From a virus (taxonomy: Duplodnaviria > Caudoviricetes), in the IMG/VR virus record IMGVR_UViG_3300015263_001819, positions 1-59,566 of that record: DNA of 59,566 bases; one strand, written 5' to 3'. Below are positions 9,278-18,814 of the stretch, piece after piece. The notes below the pieces were generated by a model. The model was given only the letters and a program-made list of their open reading frames with translations, made no database searches and was not told the DNA's origin. How positions within the stretch are numbered: the stretch's first letter is position 1; each line of letters opens with the position of its first letter. Both the position numbers and the translations under genes were made by a program.

Positions 9278-10011
9278 TCGCCATGGCGACCTACGATCAC
9301 ATCCACCCCAAAGACGTCGACGAAGCCACCGAAGCGCTCGGACGCTTGGCCATCGCCGGCGCCGACGAGGAAGCCGCTTTCGAGGCGCTCGAGGGCGTCT
9401 CCTCGACGTCTCTCCGGTTGTTGGTCTCGCAATTCGCATCCGCCGACGCGCGAATCACCGAGTTGCAGCGCCAAGTCTACCGGATGCTGGCGGACTCGGA
9501 AGACTCCAAGCGGATCCTCGACATCACCGAGACCTCGGTCGGCGTCGGGACGTTGTCCGAGGCGTTGGGTCAAGCCTTGGCGAAGGCGGACCTTGACCGC
9601 GAGGCGTTGGTGAAAGGCGCCGCGAAGGCGATGGCGGCGTTGTCGCTCCTCGCGTTGTTGGTCGACCCGGTCCAGTCGAAGTGGGACGCCGCCGAAGCGC
9701 TTCTTCGCCTCGAGCGCGGCGAGCCTCTTCATCCCCCCGCCCCCGAACCCGCTTCGCCCACCGCCGAGATCTCCGAGGCGACCGTCTACGCCGCCGAGTG
9801 CGGCTCCGTCGACGAGATGCGCGCGTGCCTGGCGGCGGGGTGCACGATCCTCGATTTCTCGTACATGGTGCCTTACCGGCTCTACGCCACCCCTGAGGCG
9901 GCCGTCGCGGCGGGCGAGCATCGGAACTCCGGGCGATGGGTGTCGCTCCAATCTTACGACGCGGGCGCCGTGATCGGTGGCGGCCCTTACCAGGTCATAC
10001 GCCCATGTTGA
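9274..10011 (+). CDS. Hypothetical helical protein
   Basis: GTGA overlap with upstream gene. Confidence 0.65.
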   Translation: MIAMATYDHIHPKDVDEATEALGRLAIAGADEEAAFEALEGVSSTSLRLLVSQFASADARITELQRQVYRMLADSEDSKRILDITETSVGVGTLSEALGQALAKADLDREALVKGAAKAMAALSLLALLVDPVQSKWDAAEALLRLERGEPLHPPAPEPASPTAEISEATVYAAECGSVDEMRACLAAGCTILDFSYMVPYRLYATPEAAVAAGEHRNSGRWVSLQSYDAGAVIGGGPYQVIRPC

Positions 10012-10166
10012 CGACCCATCGCATGGACGACGTTTCGCTCGAACTCACGAACGAGTGGGAGTTCGTGCGCGAGGACGAACTCGAGGCGTTCTTGGTGCGT
10101 CTGATAGAGTATCAGCGTGGCACCCGCGAAGCGTACCCTGAATCAAGTCCTAGCCGACAACACTGA
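10005..10166 (+). CDS. Small hypothetical protein
   Basis: Overlaps upstream stop; acidic peptide. Confidence 0.4.
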   Translation: MLTTHRMDDVSLELTNEWEFVREDELEAFLVRLIEYQRGTREAYPESSPSRQH

Positions 10167-10932
10167 CCCGAGCCGGCGCCGGAGATCTAAGCGTCGCCCC
10201 CCGCGACGCAAAACCGCGCGCCTCGCGCCGGGTCCTTCAAAGAAGGCGATCGAAGCGTACTCGAGGGTGATGGCCTCATACGCCGCGCGCGTCGAGCGGC
10301 TCGTCATGCGTCACGTCATCTCGGCGCTTCCGGTGCTCGGCTCGGGCGACTACCTAGACCGTCGAGCGCTCGACGAAGGCCTCGACGCCTTGCAAGCCGC
10401 GCTCGACGAAGCCGCGGGCAAGACTCGGCGCAACGCGCGCGCCGCCGCGAGGCGGGCGTCTAGCCACGCTCGGCGAGGCGTCGAGAAGCTCTTCAATCTC
10501 GAGCGCCTACCGAACGACGCCCGTACGGCGGCGACGATCGACGTCTTCGTTCAGCGCAACGTCGACCTCATCCGGCGGATGGGCACCGACCAAGTCCGCC
10601 AAATCCGCTCGGCGGTGTTCAACCATCGCGAGGGCGAATCGCTGCGTAAGAAGATCCTCGACTCGTTGTGGGTCGCGCGCAACCGCGGCCAACTCATCGC
10701 CCGCGACCAAGTCCAGAAGCTGCATATCGAGACGGTCCGGGATTGGTCGCTCGCGGTCGGCTCGGATTCGTACGTGTATGTCACCCGCCGGGATGAGCGC
10801 GTACGCGAATCGCACCGCCCGCACGACGGGAAGGTGTTTCGGTGGAGTGACCCGCCATCGACCGGCCATCCGGGAACGCAACCGAATTGCCGATGTTTGG
10901 CTTTGCCATTCGAGGCGCTATCGGGTAACTAA
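10117..10932 (+). CDS. Minor head morphogenesis protein (SPP1 gp7 / Mu F-like)
   Basis: LIARDQ, DERVRESH, DGKVFRW, HPGTQPNCRC motifs. Confidence 0.93.
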   Translation: MAPAKRTLNQVLADNTDPSRRRRSKRRPPRRKTARLAPGPSKKAIEAYSRVMASYAARVERLVMRHVISALPVLGSGDYLDRRALDEGLDALQAALDEAAGKTRRNARAAARRASSHARRGVEKLFNLERLPNDARTAATIDVFVQRNVDLIRRMGTDQVRQIRSAVFNHREGESLRKKILDSLWVARNRGQLIARDQVQKLHIETVRDWSLAVGSDSYVYVTRRDERVRESHRPHDGKVFRWSDPPSTGHPGTQPNCRCLALPFEALSGN

Positions 10933-10951
10933 AGCGTAGGAGGTTCGCGAC

Positions 10952-11131
10952 ATGGAAGTCGGAGAATACTACGCAAAGGCGCTCGAGGAAGCGCATCGAG
11001 GCAACTTCGTTGGGGCGGGGTATTTGCTCGCACGCGGCGACGCGAAGGGCGGCGATCCGCAAGCATCCGCCGACGCGTTCGCTCGAGTCATGCTCGCGCA
11101 ATCCCGCGCGGAGAAGGCGGGGGCGCGATGA
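10952..11131 (+). CDS. Small hypothetical protein (59 aa, not in ORF track)
   Basis: SD aggagg, ATG 10952 (MEVGEYYAKALEE...), ends in ATGA overlap with 11128. Confidence 0.6.
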   Translation: MEVGEYYAKALEEAHRGNFVGAGYLLARGDAKGGDPQASADAFARVMLAQSRAEKAGAR

Positions 11132-11535
11132 AAGCCTTCTGGAGATCGGTGGTTGCCACCATGCCTAAATCGGCGACACGCAAGGCGAAGATCTTACGCG
11201 CGTTGATTCAGCTCGTGGGTGCTCTGCACGCATGGCTCTTGTCCAAGGAGGGACTGCCGACATGGCGATGTGTTGATGGTCGGGTGATGTTCATCCACGA
11301 GATGGGTACGGAGCACCTAGCCAACTCAGCGTTGCTGATGACGCGCCGGGAGGCTTTGTCCGCCAGCGACGTCGCCAAGCTCGAGGTCTTTCGTTCTACG
11401 TTGATGGACAGAATTGACGATGTCGAGGAGGACAAGACGTGCTCATCTAGAGCGCGCCGACGCACGCTAGGAAAGCTAGAACGCGCGCTGACTTGCGTGG
11501 AGTTGAAACTGCTCTCGAGAGGAGGCGCGCGATGA
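11128..11535 (+). CDS. Hypothetical protein
   Basis: ATGA coupling at both ends; W..VDGR..I.EM..EHL.N motif. Confidence 0.65.
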   Translation: MKAFWRSVVATMPKSATRKAKILRALIQLVGALHAWLLSKEGLPTWRCVDGRVMFIHEMGTEHLANSALLMTRREALSASDVAKLEVFRSTLMDRIDDVEEDKTCSSRARRRTLGKLERALTCVELKLLSRGGAR

Positions 11536-11762
11536 ACGGCACGCTGGACGCGGAGACGATCGAGCACATCGCCGCGACGCTTGCATCCGTGATGTTCTTC
11601 GTCCGCGACGGGTGCTATCGATGGGCCCACAATCTACTCGACGAACTCACCGAAGACGTCTACGACACTCCCGTCTGCGACGCGCAAGACCGCGCGTTCG
11701 GTTTGATTCGAGGCGCTCGGGCGTTGATCTACTTTCGCGAGAGGGAGGCTTTCCGTGGTTGA
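11532..11762 (+). CDS. Small hypothetical protein
   Basis: SD aggagg, ATGA overlap; weak similarity to 11755-11985. Confidence 0.65.
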   Translation: MNGTLDAETIEHIAATLASVMFFVRDGCYRWAHNLLDELTEDVYDTPVCDAQDRAFGLIRGARALIYFREREAFRG

Positions 11763-11985
11763 CGTCGAAGCGGCTGCGATCAAACACTTGGCCGAGGGCA
11801 TATCCTTGGCGTCCGGGTTTATACGAGCAAAGAAGTACTTGGCGGCCGGTGCGCAGCTGGCCTTCATCGCTCACCAACTCGGCAAGCTGCCCGCCTGCGA
11901 ATTGAAGGGCAAAGCCCTCGAGCTGATTCATGCCGTGACGAACGCCGGCTTTCTCCTTGAAGACGGAGACCTCCGTGGACGATGA
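11755..11985 (+). CDS. Small hypothetical protein
   Basis: SD ggagg before GTG. Confidence 0.6.
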   Translation: MVDVEAAAIKHLAEGISLASGFIRAKKYLAAGAQLAFIAHQLGKLPACELKGKALELIHAVTNAGFLLEDGDLRGR

Positions 11986-12160
11986 GTACGTCTTCGACGC
12001 CCGGCACGTCATTCCGGTGTGCTCGGGGTGCGGCGGGACGACCGGGTGCGCCCATTGCGGCGGCACCGGCACCGACGGTCACGCCCGAGACGAGGACCCG
12101 GACGTGCTAACCTACCTTCAATGGTTGAGGGATTCTTCGTCGATCGGGCCGGAACGCTAG
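11975..12160 (+). CDS. Small zinc-finger protein (CxxCxG repeats)
   Basis: CSGCGGTTGCAHCGGTG; SD ggag before GTG 11975. Confidence 0.55.
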   Translation: MDDEYVFDARHVIPVCSGCGGTTGCAHCGGTGTDGHARDEDPDVLTYLQWLRDSSSIGPER

Positions 12161-13209
12161 GGCGCCTAGAGCAAACCCCACAAGGCGGGTATCGTGCTCC
12201 GGCCGTCGTCGCCCGAACGGGCATCCTTCGCTACACCGCCGGCGAGCTTCGTCGGATGGGCCTCCCGCTCGCTTCGGAAGTCCGAGACACCGAGATCCTT
12301 CGGGTTTACAACCCGCCCGAAGTGGTCCAATCGGCGCTCGACTCTCTCGCCGACGCCCCCGTGACTCGCGACCACCCCTCCCGGTTCGTGACCCCCGAGA
12401 CGTTCGCTCAAGTCGCCCGCGGGACGGTTTCCGCGGGCTCGCCGGCGTTCAACGGCACCGAACTCTCGGCTACCCTCGTCATCCAAGACGCGGCGCTGCT
12501 CGCCGAGATCGAGAGCGGCGTCCGACGCGAAATCTCTTTGGGTTACCGATGCTTGACGGCCATGGAGGCCGGTCAGACTCCCGACGGGGAGAGTTACGAC
12601 GCCATCCGATCGTCGATGGTCGTAAACCATGTAGCGATAGTCCCGAGGGGCCGAGCCGGGCAAAAAGTATGCCTTGCGCTAGACTCTGAATGGATTCCGC
12701 CGCAAGAGCCAGGAGATGCAACGATGAAGCTGAAGGTAAAGGGGGCCGAAGTGTCGGCCGAAGATGCGCAGGCCGCGGTTGATGCCGCTCTCGTAGAGGC
12801 CAACGACGCGCTCCGCGCCGCCGAAGCCCGCGCCGCGGTCGCCGAAGCGAAGCTCTCCGACGTCAAGGCGCTTTGCGACGCGAAGGACGCCGAGATCGAG
12901 GCTCTGAAGGCAAAGACCACGGAAGAGGCCATCGACGCGATCGTCGAAGCGCGCGCTGCCAAGGCGGCGGCGGCGGCCGAAGCCGAGAAGCGTCGGAGCG
13001 TGGTCAAAGCCCGCGGCATCGACGTCGAGGGCAAGCCCGCGGAGTTCATCGACGCCGCATACGAACTCATCCAGAAGGATGACGGTTCGTCGCTTATCCT
13101 CGGGCGCGCGCCCGCCGCGCCGGTGAACGCCGCCGATTCGGCCAAGCCGAAGGCGCCCAAGACCTCTTCGCGCGACCGCATGAAGGCTCGCCTCCGCGCC
13201 GCGAAGTAA
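12121..13209 (+). CDS. Prohead protease/scaffold (DUF2213-like)
   Basis: ARTGILRY, PVTRDHP, REISLGY, NHVAIVPRGRAG motifs followed by Ala/Glu coiled-coil scaffold. Confidence 0.92.
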   Translation: MVEGFFVDRAGTLGRLEQTPQGGYRAPAVVARTGILRYTAGELRRMGLPLASEVRDTEILRVYNPPEVVQSALDSLADAPVTRDHPSRFVTPETFAQVARGTVSAGSPAFNGTELSATLVIQDAALLAEIESGVRREISLGYRCLTAMEAGQTPDGESYDAIRSSMVVNHVAIVPRGRAGQKVCLALDSEWIPPQEPGDATMKLKVKGAEVSAEDAQAAVDAALVEANDALRAAEARAAVAEAKLSDVKALCDAKDAEIEALKAKTTEEAIDAIVEARAAKAAAAAEAEKRRSVVKARGIDVEGKPAEFIDAAYELIQKDDGSSLILGRAPAAPVNAADSAKPKAPKTSSRDRMKARLRAAK

Positions 13210-13232
13210 GCCCGAGCCGCGGAACTCCCCGA

Positions 13233-13270
13233 GAAGCCCGTCGACCCACCAAGGTCGCACGGGCTTTTTG
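13233..13270 (+). terminator. Intrinsic terminator
   Basis: aagcccgt-cgacc...ggtcg-c-acgggc stem followed by ttttt. Confidence 0.7.
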
Positions 13271-13344
13271 GCACTTGACCGTATGCTAGGATACGGAAAG
13301 TACCGGCCGCGAATGTGTGAACGGCCTTCGACACCGAGGACAGA

Positions 13345-14247
13345 ATGCCCGTAATGCAGAGTACGTATTCCGACGCGCCCGGTCAGGGTTACCTGGGTCA
13401 GCTCATCAATTCGGCGGCCCCCCGCGCCATCCGAGCGCGCATCGCTCGCGGCTACGTGGACGCCGGCTACGCGGTGTTCCGCGCCGCGGCGGCCTTCGCC
13501 GGCTTCGGAACGTCGGGCACGAGCGACCCGGGCGAGATCTTCCAGCGCCCGAGTCCCGCGGCCGCGGCCGACGTCGACGCGTTGATCACGTCCATCACGA
13601 CCTCGACTTCGGTGCAGACCCTCGAGACGACCGACTTCGATGGCGTGGTGGGCCTCGATGAGATGTTCCCGCCCCGGCGCGTTACGCTGACCCTCAGCAA
13701 CCATGCGGACTGGGATGCGACCACGGCGGTCGTGACCGGCATCGATGCCGACACGAACCTCGAGGTCACCGAGAACCTCTCGATCCCCGACACCGGCAAC
13801 ACGACGTTGACCACGACCGGCTACTTCAAGTCGGTCTCGAAGCTGGTAATCCCCGCGCAGTCCGGCACCGGCGGCACGGCGACCTTCGGCATCGCGGCCA
13901 TGGCGACGCTGACGGCGGCGGACTTCGACGGCGTCGCCAAGCGTGACCTCGTCAAGCGCACCTTCTCGGCGGACGACGTCGCAAACGGCGTGGCGACGAC
14001 CACGGCGGACTTCGTCGACAACGAGACCGTCTCGGTGGTCCGCGTCGGGTCGCTGTGGGTGTACGCGGAAGAGGCCGTGAACGAAGGGGATTCGGTCTAC
14101 GTCCGCATCGCCTCCGGCGCCGGCGGAACCCACCTCGGAGCCTTCCGCAACGACTCGGATTCGAGCACGTGCGTCCAGCTCACGAACGCCTACTTCCGGG
14201 CCAAGGCATCGGCCGCGGGCCCCGTGCAGCTGACGATCCTCGCCTAA
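13345..14247 (+). CDS. Head decoration/cement-type structural protein with inserted domain
   Basis: Between scaffold and capsid; QSTYS..PG.GY.GQ N-terminus and VSVVRVGSLWV..EEAV..GD.VYVR C-terminus. Confidence 0.75.
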   Translation: MPVMQSTYSDAPGQGYLGQLINSAAPRAIRARIARGYVDAGYAVFRAAAAFAGFGTSGTSDPGEIFQRPSPAAAADVDALITSITTSTSVQTLETTDFDGVVGLDEMFPPRRVTLTLSNHADWDATTAVVTGIDADTNLEVTENLSIPDTGNTTLTTTGYFKSVSKLVIPAQSGTGGTATFGIAAMATLTAADFDGVAKRDLVKRTFSADDVANGVATTTADFVDNETVSVVRVGSLWVYAEEAVNEGDSVYVRIASGAGGTHLGAFRNDSDSSTCVQLTNAYFRAKASAAGPVQLTILA

Positions 14248-14268
14248 GGACACCCCGTAGTGCCGCCT

Positions 14269-14303
14269 GAGAGCCGCCTCGCTACCCGCTGGGCGGCTCT
14301 TTG
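14269..14303 (+). terminator. Probable intrinsic terminator
   Basis: agagccgcc...ggcggctct stem plus short T run. Confidence 0.55.
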
Positions 14304-14384
14304 CGTAAGGCACTTCACATGACGTGCTAGATTGCATGTAGATTCTAGCCCGCGAGGCCGGGCGCACTAAAGAGGAGATCCCGC

Positions 14385-15416
14385 GTGGCTGAATACGTTC
14401 CGACTCAAGTCTACGATGCTGAGAGCTTCGAGGCCATCGACTCCGTGAAGGATGTCAACGGCGCGATCCTCGATGCGGTCCGCAACTTCAACCAAGCCTT
14501 GCCGGTGGGCGAGGCCGTGGACGACAACGAGAGCGTCATCTTCGCACGCCAGCTCGAGACCGTCAAGAACCGCGTCTACGAGATCCAGTACCCCGCGCTC
14601 CGCGGCCGGTCGTTCGTGCCGATGTCGAATGAGGCGGGGCCGAACACGAAGTATATCACCTACCGCGTGTGGGACAAGGTCACCTCAGCGGCGCTGATCT
14701 CCGACTACTCGACCGACTTCCCGAGTGTCTCGGCGAGCGCGCGCGAGCTGACGATCAAGTTCCACGACTACGGCAACTCGTTCGAGTACTCGATTCCGGA
14801 GCTGCGCGAGGCGCGTGAAGCCGGCGTCCCGCTCGACTCGAAGATGGCGGCGCTTTCTCGCGAAGGCATGGAGCGCGAGATCGACGCGGCCATCGCGTTC
14901 GGCGAGCCGGCCATCCGCACCTACGGATTGCTGAACCACCCGAACGTCGCGCTCGTGACGCTGCCCAACGGCCAGTGGACGACTTCGGCGACCGGCCTGC
15001 AAATGCTCGAGGATTTGAACGCGATGGTGTCCGCCGTCGAGGTCGACTCGAAGGACATCGAGAGCGTCACGAACGTGGTGATGGGTGTGGCGGACTACCG
15101 GCGCATCTCCACGACCTACGTGGACTCGGCGGGCGGGCGCGACACCGTTCTCCAGGCCTTCATGGCGCAGAACCCCGGCGTGACGGTCGACAAGTGGACC
15201 AAGGCGGAGCTGGCGTCGGCCGACGGCACGGGCTCGCGCATCGTGGCCTACTCGAAGCGCCCCGAGGTCCTCGAGTTCGAGATGGGTCTCGAGTACGAGA
15301 TCTACGGTCCGCAGGCCCACGCCTTCGTGCTGAAGTTCTTCGCTCGCGGCCGATGGGCCGGCCTCACGGTGCACCGCCCGAACGCGATCAAGTACGCCGA
15401 CGACCACAACGGCTAA
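14385..15416 (+). CDS. Major capsid protein (DUF2184-like, HK97 fold)
   Basis: FARQLE, YEIQYP, YSIPEL, AFGE...YGLLNHPNV, W...T..QMLEDL motifs; SD agaggag. Confidence 0.93.
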   Translation: MAEYVPTQVYDAESFEAIDSVKDVNGAILDAVRNFNQALPVGEAVDDNESVIFARQLETVKNRVYEIQYPALRGRSFVPMSNEAGPNTKYITYRVWDKVTSAALISDYSTDFPSVSASARELTIKFHDYGNSFEYSIPELREAREAGVPLDSKMAALSREGMEREIDAAIAFGEPAIRTYGLLNHPNVALVTLPNGQWTTSATGLQMLEDLNAMVSAVEVDSKDIESVTNVVMGVADYRRISTTYVDSAGGRDTVLQAFMAQNPGVTVDKWTKAELASADGTGSRIVAYSKRPEVLEFEMGLEYEIYGPQAHAFVLKFFARGRWAGLTVHRPNAIKYADDHNG

Positions 15417-15440
15417 GCGCCCCGGCGCCCGCGCCAGAAG

Positions 15441-15467
15441 GCCGCTCCCCCGGGGGCGGCTTTTTTC
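15441..15467 (+). terminator. Intrinsic terminator after capsid gene
   Basis: gccgctccc-c-cgggggcggc stem followed by tttttt. Confidence 0.85.
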
Positions 15468-15469
15468 GT

Positions 15470-15498
15470 TTGCGTCGCCGGTCGAGTTCGCGTAGGTT
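15470..15498 (+). promoter_or_regulatory. Sigma70-like promoter
   Basis: TTGCGT-17 nt-TAGGTT. Confidence 0.6.
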
Positions 15499-15499
15499 C

Positions 15500-15655
15500 T
15501 AGGCAACCACCCCGACCTCCGCAGCGTGCCGTCAACTGAGGGACTACAGCGAAGGTTAGCGACGTCAGCTTCTCATACGTGTACTAGGCGTAGATCTACA
15601 CCTTTTTGTCGCTTCGGTGTAGCTAGCCGACACTGCTGGTCGGGGTGGTTGCCTA
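15500..15655 (+). ncRNA. Candidate structured RNA or 5' leader (long rod-like hairpin)
   Basis: Perfect 18-bp inverted repeat 15500-15517 / 15638-15655 enclosing nested stems. Confidence 0.6.
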
Positions 15656-15669
15656 CTAGGAGGTCGCCC

Positions 15670-15930
15670 ATGCCGCGCTACGTTTGCCGAGAGAGTCAAT
15701 TCCCGCCCGAGCCCGACGACTCAGTCATCGAGGCGGAGTCGCCCACCGTCGCCGCCGTCGCGTTCGCGCTGCCGATGGTGGAGGAGGGCGCCGTCGCCCC
15801 TGAGGAGGAGATCAAGATCGACGTCACGGATGAAGACGGTCGCTCGGTCGCGATCCGCATGCACTTCGTCGTGGCGGTGGTCGTCAACGGGGAGACGTAC
15901 TTGATCGAGAAGCCGAAGGAGACGCCATGA
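15670..15930 (+). CDS. Small hypothetical protein
   Basis: SD aggaggt, ATG 15670; ATGA coupling downstream. Confidence 0.7.
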   Translation: MPRYVCRESQFPPEPDDSVIEAESPTVAAVAFALPMVEEGAVAPEEEIKIDVTDEDGRSVAIRMHFVVAVVVNGETYLIEKPKETP

Positions 15931-17525
15931 AGACGAGCTTGGGTGTGCGCCACCGCTACACGCAATACGACATCGACCGCGAGTATGCGGTGCTGCTCCA
16001 CGAAATGCAGCGCACGTTTTCGTTCGCGTCGACACAACCGCTCTTCGAGACCACCGCCGACGCCGACGAACTCTTCGAGGCGTACTTGGAGGCGATGCCG
16101 GAGGAGTGGCGACAATACCACCGGTGCTCGGCGTGTCGCGAATTCTTCCGCACCGTGGGTGACCTAGTCACGATCGACCCGAACACCGGGCGCACGGTGT
16201 CGGCGGTGTGGCCGGCGAACGTCACCGGCTTCTATGCGGCGCCCGTCGAGGCGGTTCGCAAGGCCGTCCACCGCGCCCACGCGCGCATGCCGTTCTACTC
16301 TTCGTCGACGGTTCACGGCTCGCCGGAGAAGGGCGGATGGACGCACTTCCACGTTCGGCCGGCGAAGGCGGGGGTGTATTCCTCGCGGTTGCAGACGTCG
16401 TGGCAGCGCGCCGCGGAGAAGCACCAAAACTACATCTCCGTCTACCAAGCGTTGAACGACTTCTCGATCGACACCGTGCGGCAAGCCGTCACGCTGCTCA
16501 AGACCGACTCGCTCTACCGCTCGGAGAAGGTGCTCGGCGCCGCCGAGTGGCTTCTCGACTTGCACGAGAAGCGCGAAGCTGTTGGCGGCGTGCTCAAGCG
16601 CCACGTCGTGATGCGCGCGGTGTCGGCGGCGCCGGACGGGTTTTGCCACCCGCGGTCGAGCATGATTGGCTCGTTGCTCGAGGACTTGCAATCCGGGATG
16701 TCGATCGACCGCGTGAAGCAACGCTTCGCCGCCAAGATGAATCCGATGGCCTACCTTCGCCCGCAAGCCGCGCCGAAGTCGGGCGCGATCGACCAAGCCG
16801 AGAAGTTGTTCGATCAACTCGGCCTCGCTCCGGCGCTCCGCCGCCGGTTCGCGCGCCTCGACGAAATCGAGGCGATGTGGCTGCCTAAGCCGAGCGTACC
16901 GGAGCCGACCGTCGGCGGAACCTTCGCCGTGCTCCGCCAAGCGCCGCCTTCGAAAGCTCTCGACTTGGGCACCGAGACGATGACGTGGGTCAAGTTCGTA
17001 CGTGACGTCTTGCCGGAGGCGTTGAGTATCGAGCTGGACGTGCCGTATCGCGGCAACTTCACTGCCATCACCACCGCGGCCGACATGGGCGCCCCGCCGA
17101 TCTTGCGGTGGGATTCGGACGACCCAACGCGGCGCAACCCATGTTGCGTGTACGTCTACAACGGCGGCTCTGGCGCAAGGCAATGGGGCTTGAACGGCAC
17201 GTCCACCGTCACGGCGATTTGTCGCCGCCCGGAGAAGTGGAACGGTCGCGACTTCAAAGACGAGACCGACGGCGCGGTGCTCGTGCTGGAAGGCGCCGTC
17301 GACTCGCGCGACTCGGGTTTGGCTCTCTTCCCGGAGACGCTTAGCTCGGAGCTGCATGGCGTGCGTTCGGTCATCGAAGCATACTCCGCCCAAGGCCGCA
17401 TCGAGGGCCGTGACGAAGCCTCGGCGTGCGGGATTTTGCTCGGCGCGAAGAGCACCATCGGCTTGACTTTGAAGGCCCACGCCGTAGGATGGACGCGAAC
17501 GATCCGCCTGGATCGGTGGGAGTGA
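15927..17525 (+). CDS. Large hypothetical protein with Cys/His motifs
   Basis: 532 aa; HRCSAC, WTHFH, FCHPR; SD aaggag. Confidence 0.8.
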   Translation: MKTSLGVRHRYTQYDIDREYAVLLHEMQRTFSFASTQPLFETTADADELFEAYLEAMPEEWRQYHRCSACREFFRTVGDLVTIDPNTGRTVSAVWPANVTGFYAAPVEAVRKAVHRAHARMPFYSSSTVHGSPEKGGWTHFHVRPAKAGVYSSRLQTSWQRAAEKHQNYISVYQALNDFSIDTVRQAVTLLKTDSLYRSEKVLGAAEWLLDLHEKREAVGGVLKRHVVMRAVSAAPDGFCHPRSSMIGSLLEDLQSGMSIDRVKQRFAAKMNPMAYLRPQAAPKSGAIDQAEKLFDQLGLAPALRRRFARLDEIEAMWLPKPSVPEPTVGGTFAVLRQAPPSKALDLGTETMTWVKFVRDVLPEALSIELDVPYRGNFTAITTAADMGAPPILRWDSDDPTRRNPCCVYVYNGGSGARQWGLNGTSTVTAICRRPEKWNGRDFKDETDGAVLVLEGAVDSRDSGLALFPETLSSELHGVRSVIEAYSAQGRIEGRDEASACGILLGAKSTIGLTLKAHAVGWTRTIRLDRWE

Positions 17526-17527
17526 AG

Positions 17528-18094
17528 ATGCCCAAGCCCAACGCCTTGCATTCGCTCTACGGCGGAAAGACGGCCCTGTCGGGGAACATCGGCGGTCAGA
17601 AGCGTGAGCAAACCGTCTTCACGCCGGAGTGGTTCATCGACCAAATCTCGCTCGCCGCCGGCTCCGGCCCTTCCCTCGATCCGTGTACGACCTCGGAAAA
17701 CCCCGTCGGTGCGGACTTGTATTACACGGAGGCAGTGAACGGGCTCCTTTTGCCGTGGAAGACGCCGCGGTGGGTGTACTGGAACCCGCCATACAACCGA
17801 CTCGAGCAATGGATGCTCAAGGCGTTCGCTGAGGCGCAAAACGGTGTGCCGTCGTATGGGCTCATACCGCTCCGCCCACAGCGCGGGTGGTACGCGCGAT
17901 ACGCCCGAGGCGCCGAACTCGTCCCGCTCGCTCCGTTCCCGTTCCAAGGCCACAAAAGCTCGTTCCCCGCGCCGTTGGTGTTGTTGGCGTGGCATCTACC
18001 ACCGCCCGAGAGGATCCTGAATCCGAAGAACAAGAACCTCGTCTTGGGGTTCATGGAGATTCACGCCACCCCGCGGGCGAAACGCGCGGCGTAG
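17528..18094 (+). CDS. Phage DNA amino-methyltransferase (N6-adenine type)
   Basis: FTPEWF, LDPC, NGLLLPW and catalytic WNPPY. Confidence 0.85.
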   Translation: MPKPNALHSLYGGKTALSGNIGGQKREQTVFTPEWFIDQISLAAGSGPSLDPCTTSENPVGADLYYTEAVNGLLLPWKTPRWVYWNPPYNRLEQWMLKAFAEAQNGVPSYGLIPLRPQRGWYARYARGAELVPLAPFPFQGHKSSFPAPLVLLAWHLPPPERILNPKNKNLVLGFMEIHATPRAKRAA

Positions 18095-18157
18095 TTTTTT
18101 CGACCACACGTACGTTTTCCACTTGCACGGGTCGGTGACGTGCATCACATTCGTGTG

Positions 18158-18814
18158 ATGTCTCCATCTACCCGTCGTAAAGCCAATTCCGAGTCGTCCG
18201 ACGGCTCGCCCGAGCCCGCGCTCGACGCCGCCGAGGAAACCGTGACCGAACTAGAAGCGCCCGCCCCGGCCACCCCCGAGCCGAACTTGAAGGGTGTAGT
18301 CGTCATCGAGAACAACGGCTACTCGGACGTGTTCCTCCCCAGCACGAAGTCGCACGCCAAAGGCAAGCGGCTCATCCCGGGGCTCAACAACGTCCCGCGG
18401 CTCTACCTCCACGAGCTGATGACCCACCGCGTCAAGAACCGCGACAACGACGGCGAGCCCGGCGGCTACCGCTACCCAGGTCAAGAGGCGTTGAAGCGCT
18501 TGCAGACCCCCGTGCGCATCTCTCAAATGGAGCACGCCGACTACTTAGGCCCACGCATCACCATCTACGAGCCCGACCAACTCCGCGCGCGCGGCATCGA
18601 GGTCGGCGATTACGGCGTCGATGCCGAGGGCCCGCCCCCGCCCGCTTCGCTCGCCGCCGGCGGCTACAACTTCGAGACCGCCGCACGCATCATCCGCATC
18701 ACGAAGGACCCCGAGGCGCTGAAGCGTTGGGCCGCCGAGCGTGGCGTCAAGCAGGACATCAAAGATGAGTGCCTCAAGCGACTCGGCCAAATCGCCCCCG
18801 CGCCGCGCGCGTAA
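18158..18814 (+). CDS. Hypothetical protein (possibly virion-associated)
   Basis: Preceded by TTGCAC-17 nt-CACATT, 6 nt before ATG; L.PGLNNV motif. Confidence 0.7.
   Translation: MSPSTRRKANSESSDGSPEPALDAAEETVTELEAPAPATPEPNLKGVVVIENNGYSDVFLPSTKSHAKGKRLIPGLNNVPRLYLHELMTHRVKNRDNDGEPGGYRYPGQEALKRLQTPVRISQMEHADYLGPRITIYEPDQLRARGIEVGDYGVDAEGPPPPASLAAGGYNFETAARIIRITKDPEALKRWAAERGVKQDIKDECLKRLGQIAPAPRA

Noticed and set aside
12679-14367. 562-aa minus-strand ORF and similar long antisense ORFs
   Set aside because: Antisense shadows of high-GC coding genes.
15500-15655. Retron msr-msd or tRNA
   Set aside because: No reverse transcriptase in the window and no cloverleaf or T-loop consensus; kept as an unknown structured RNA.
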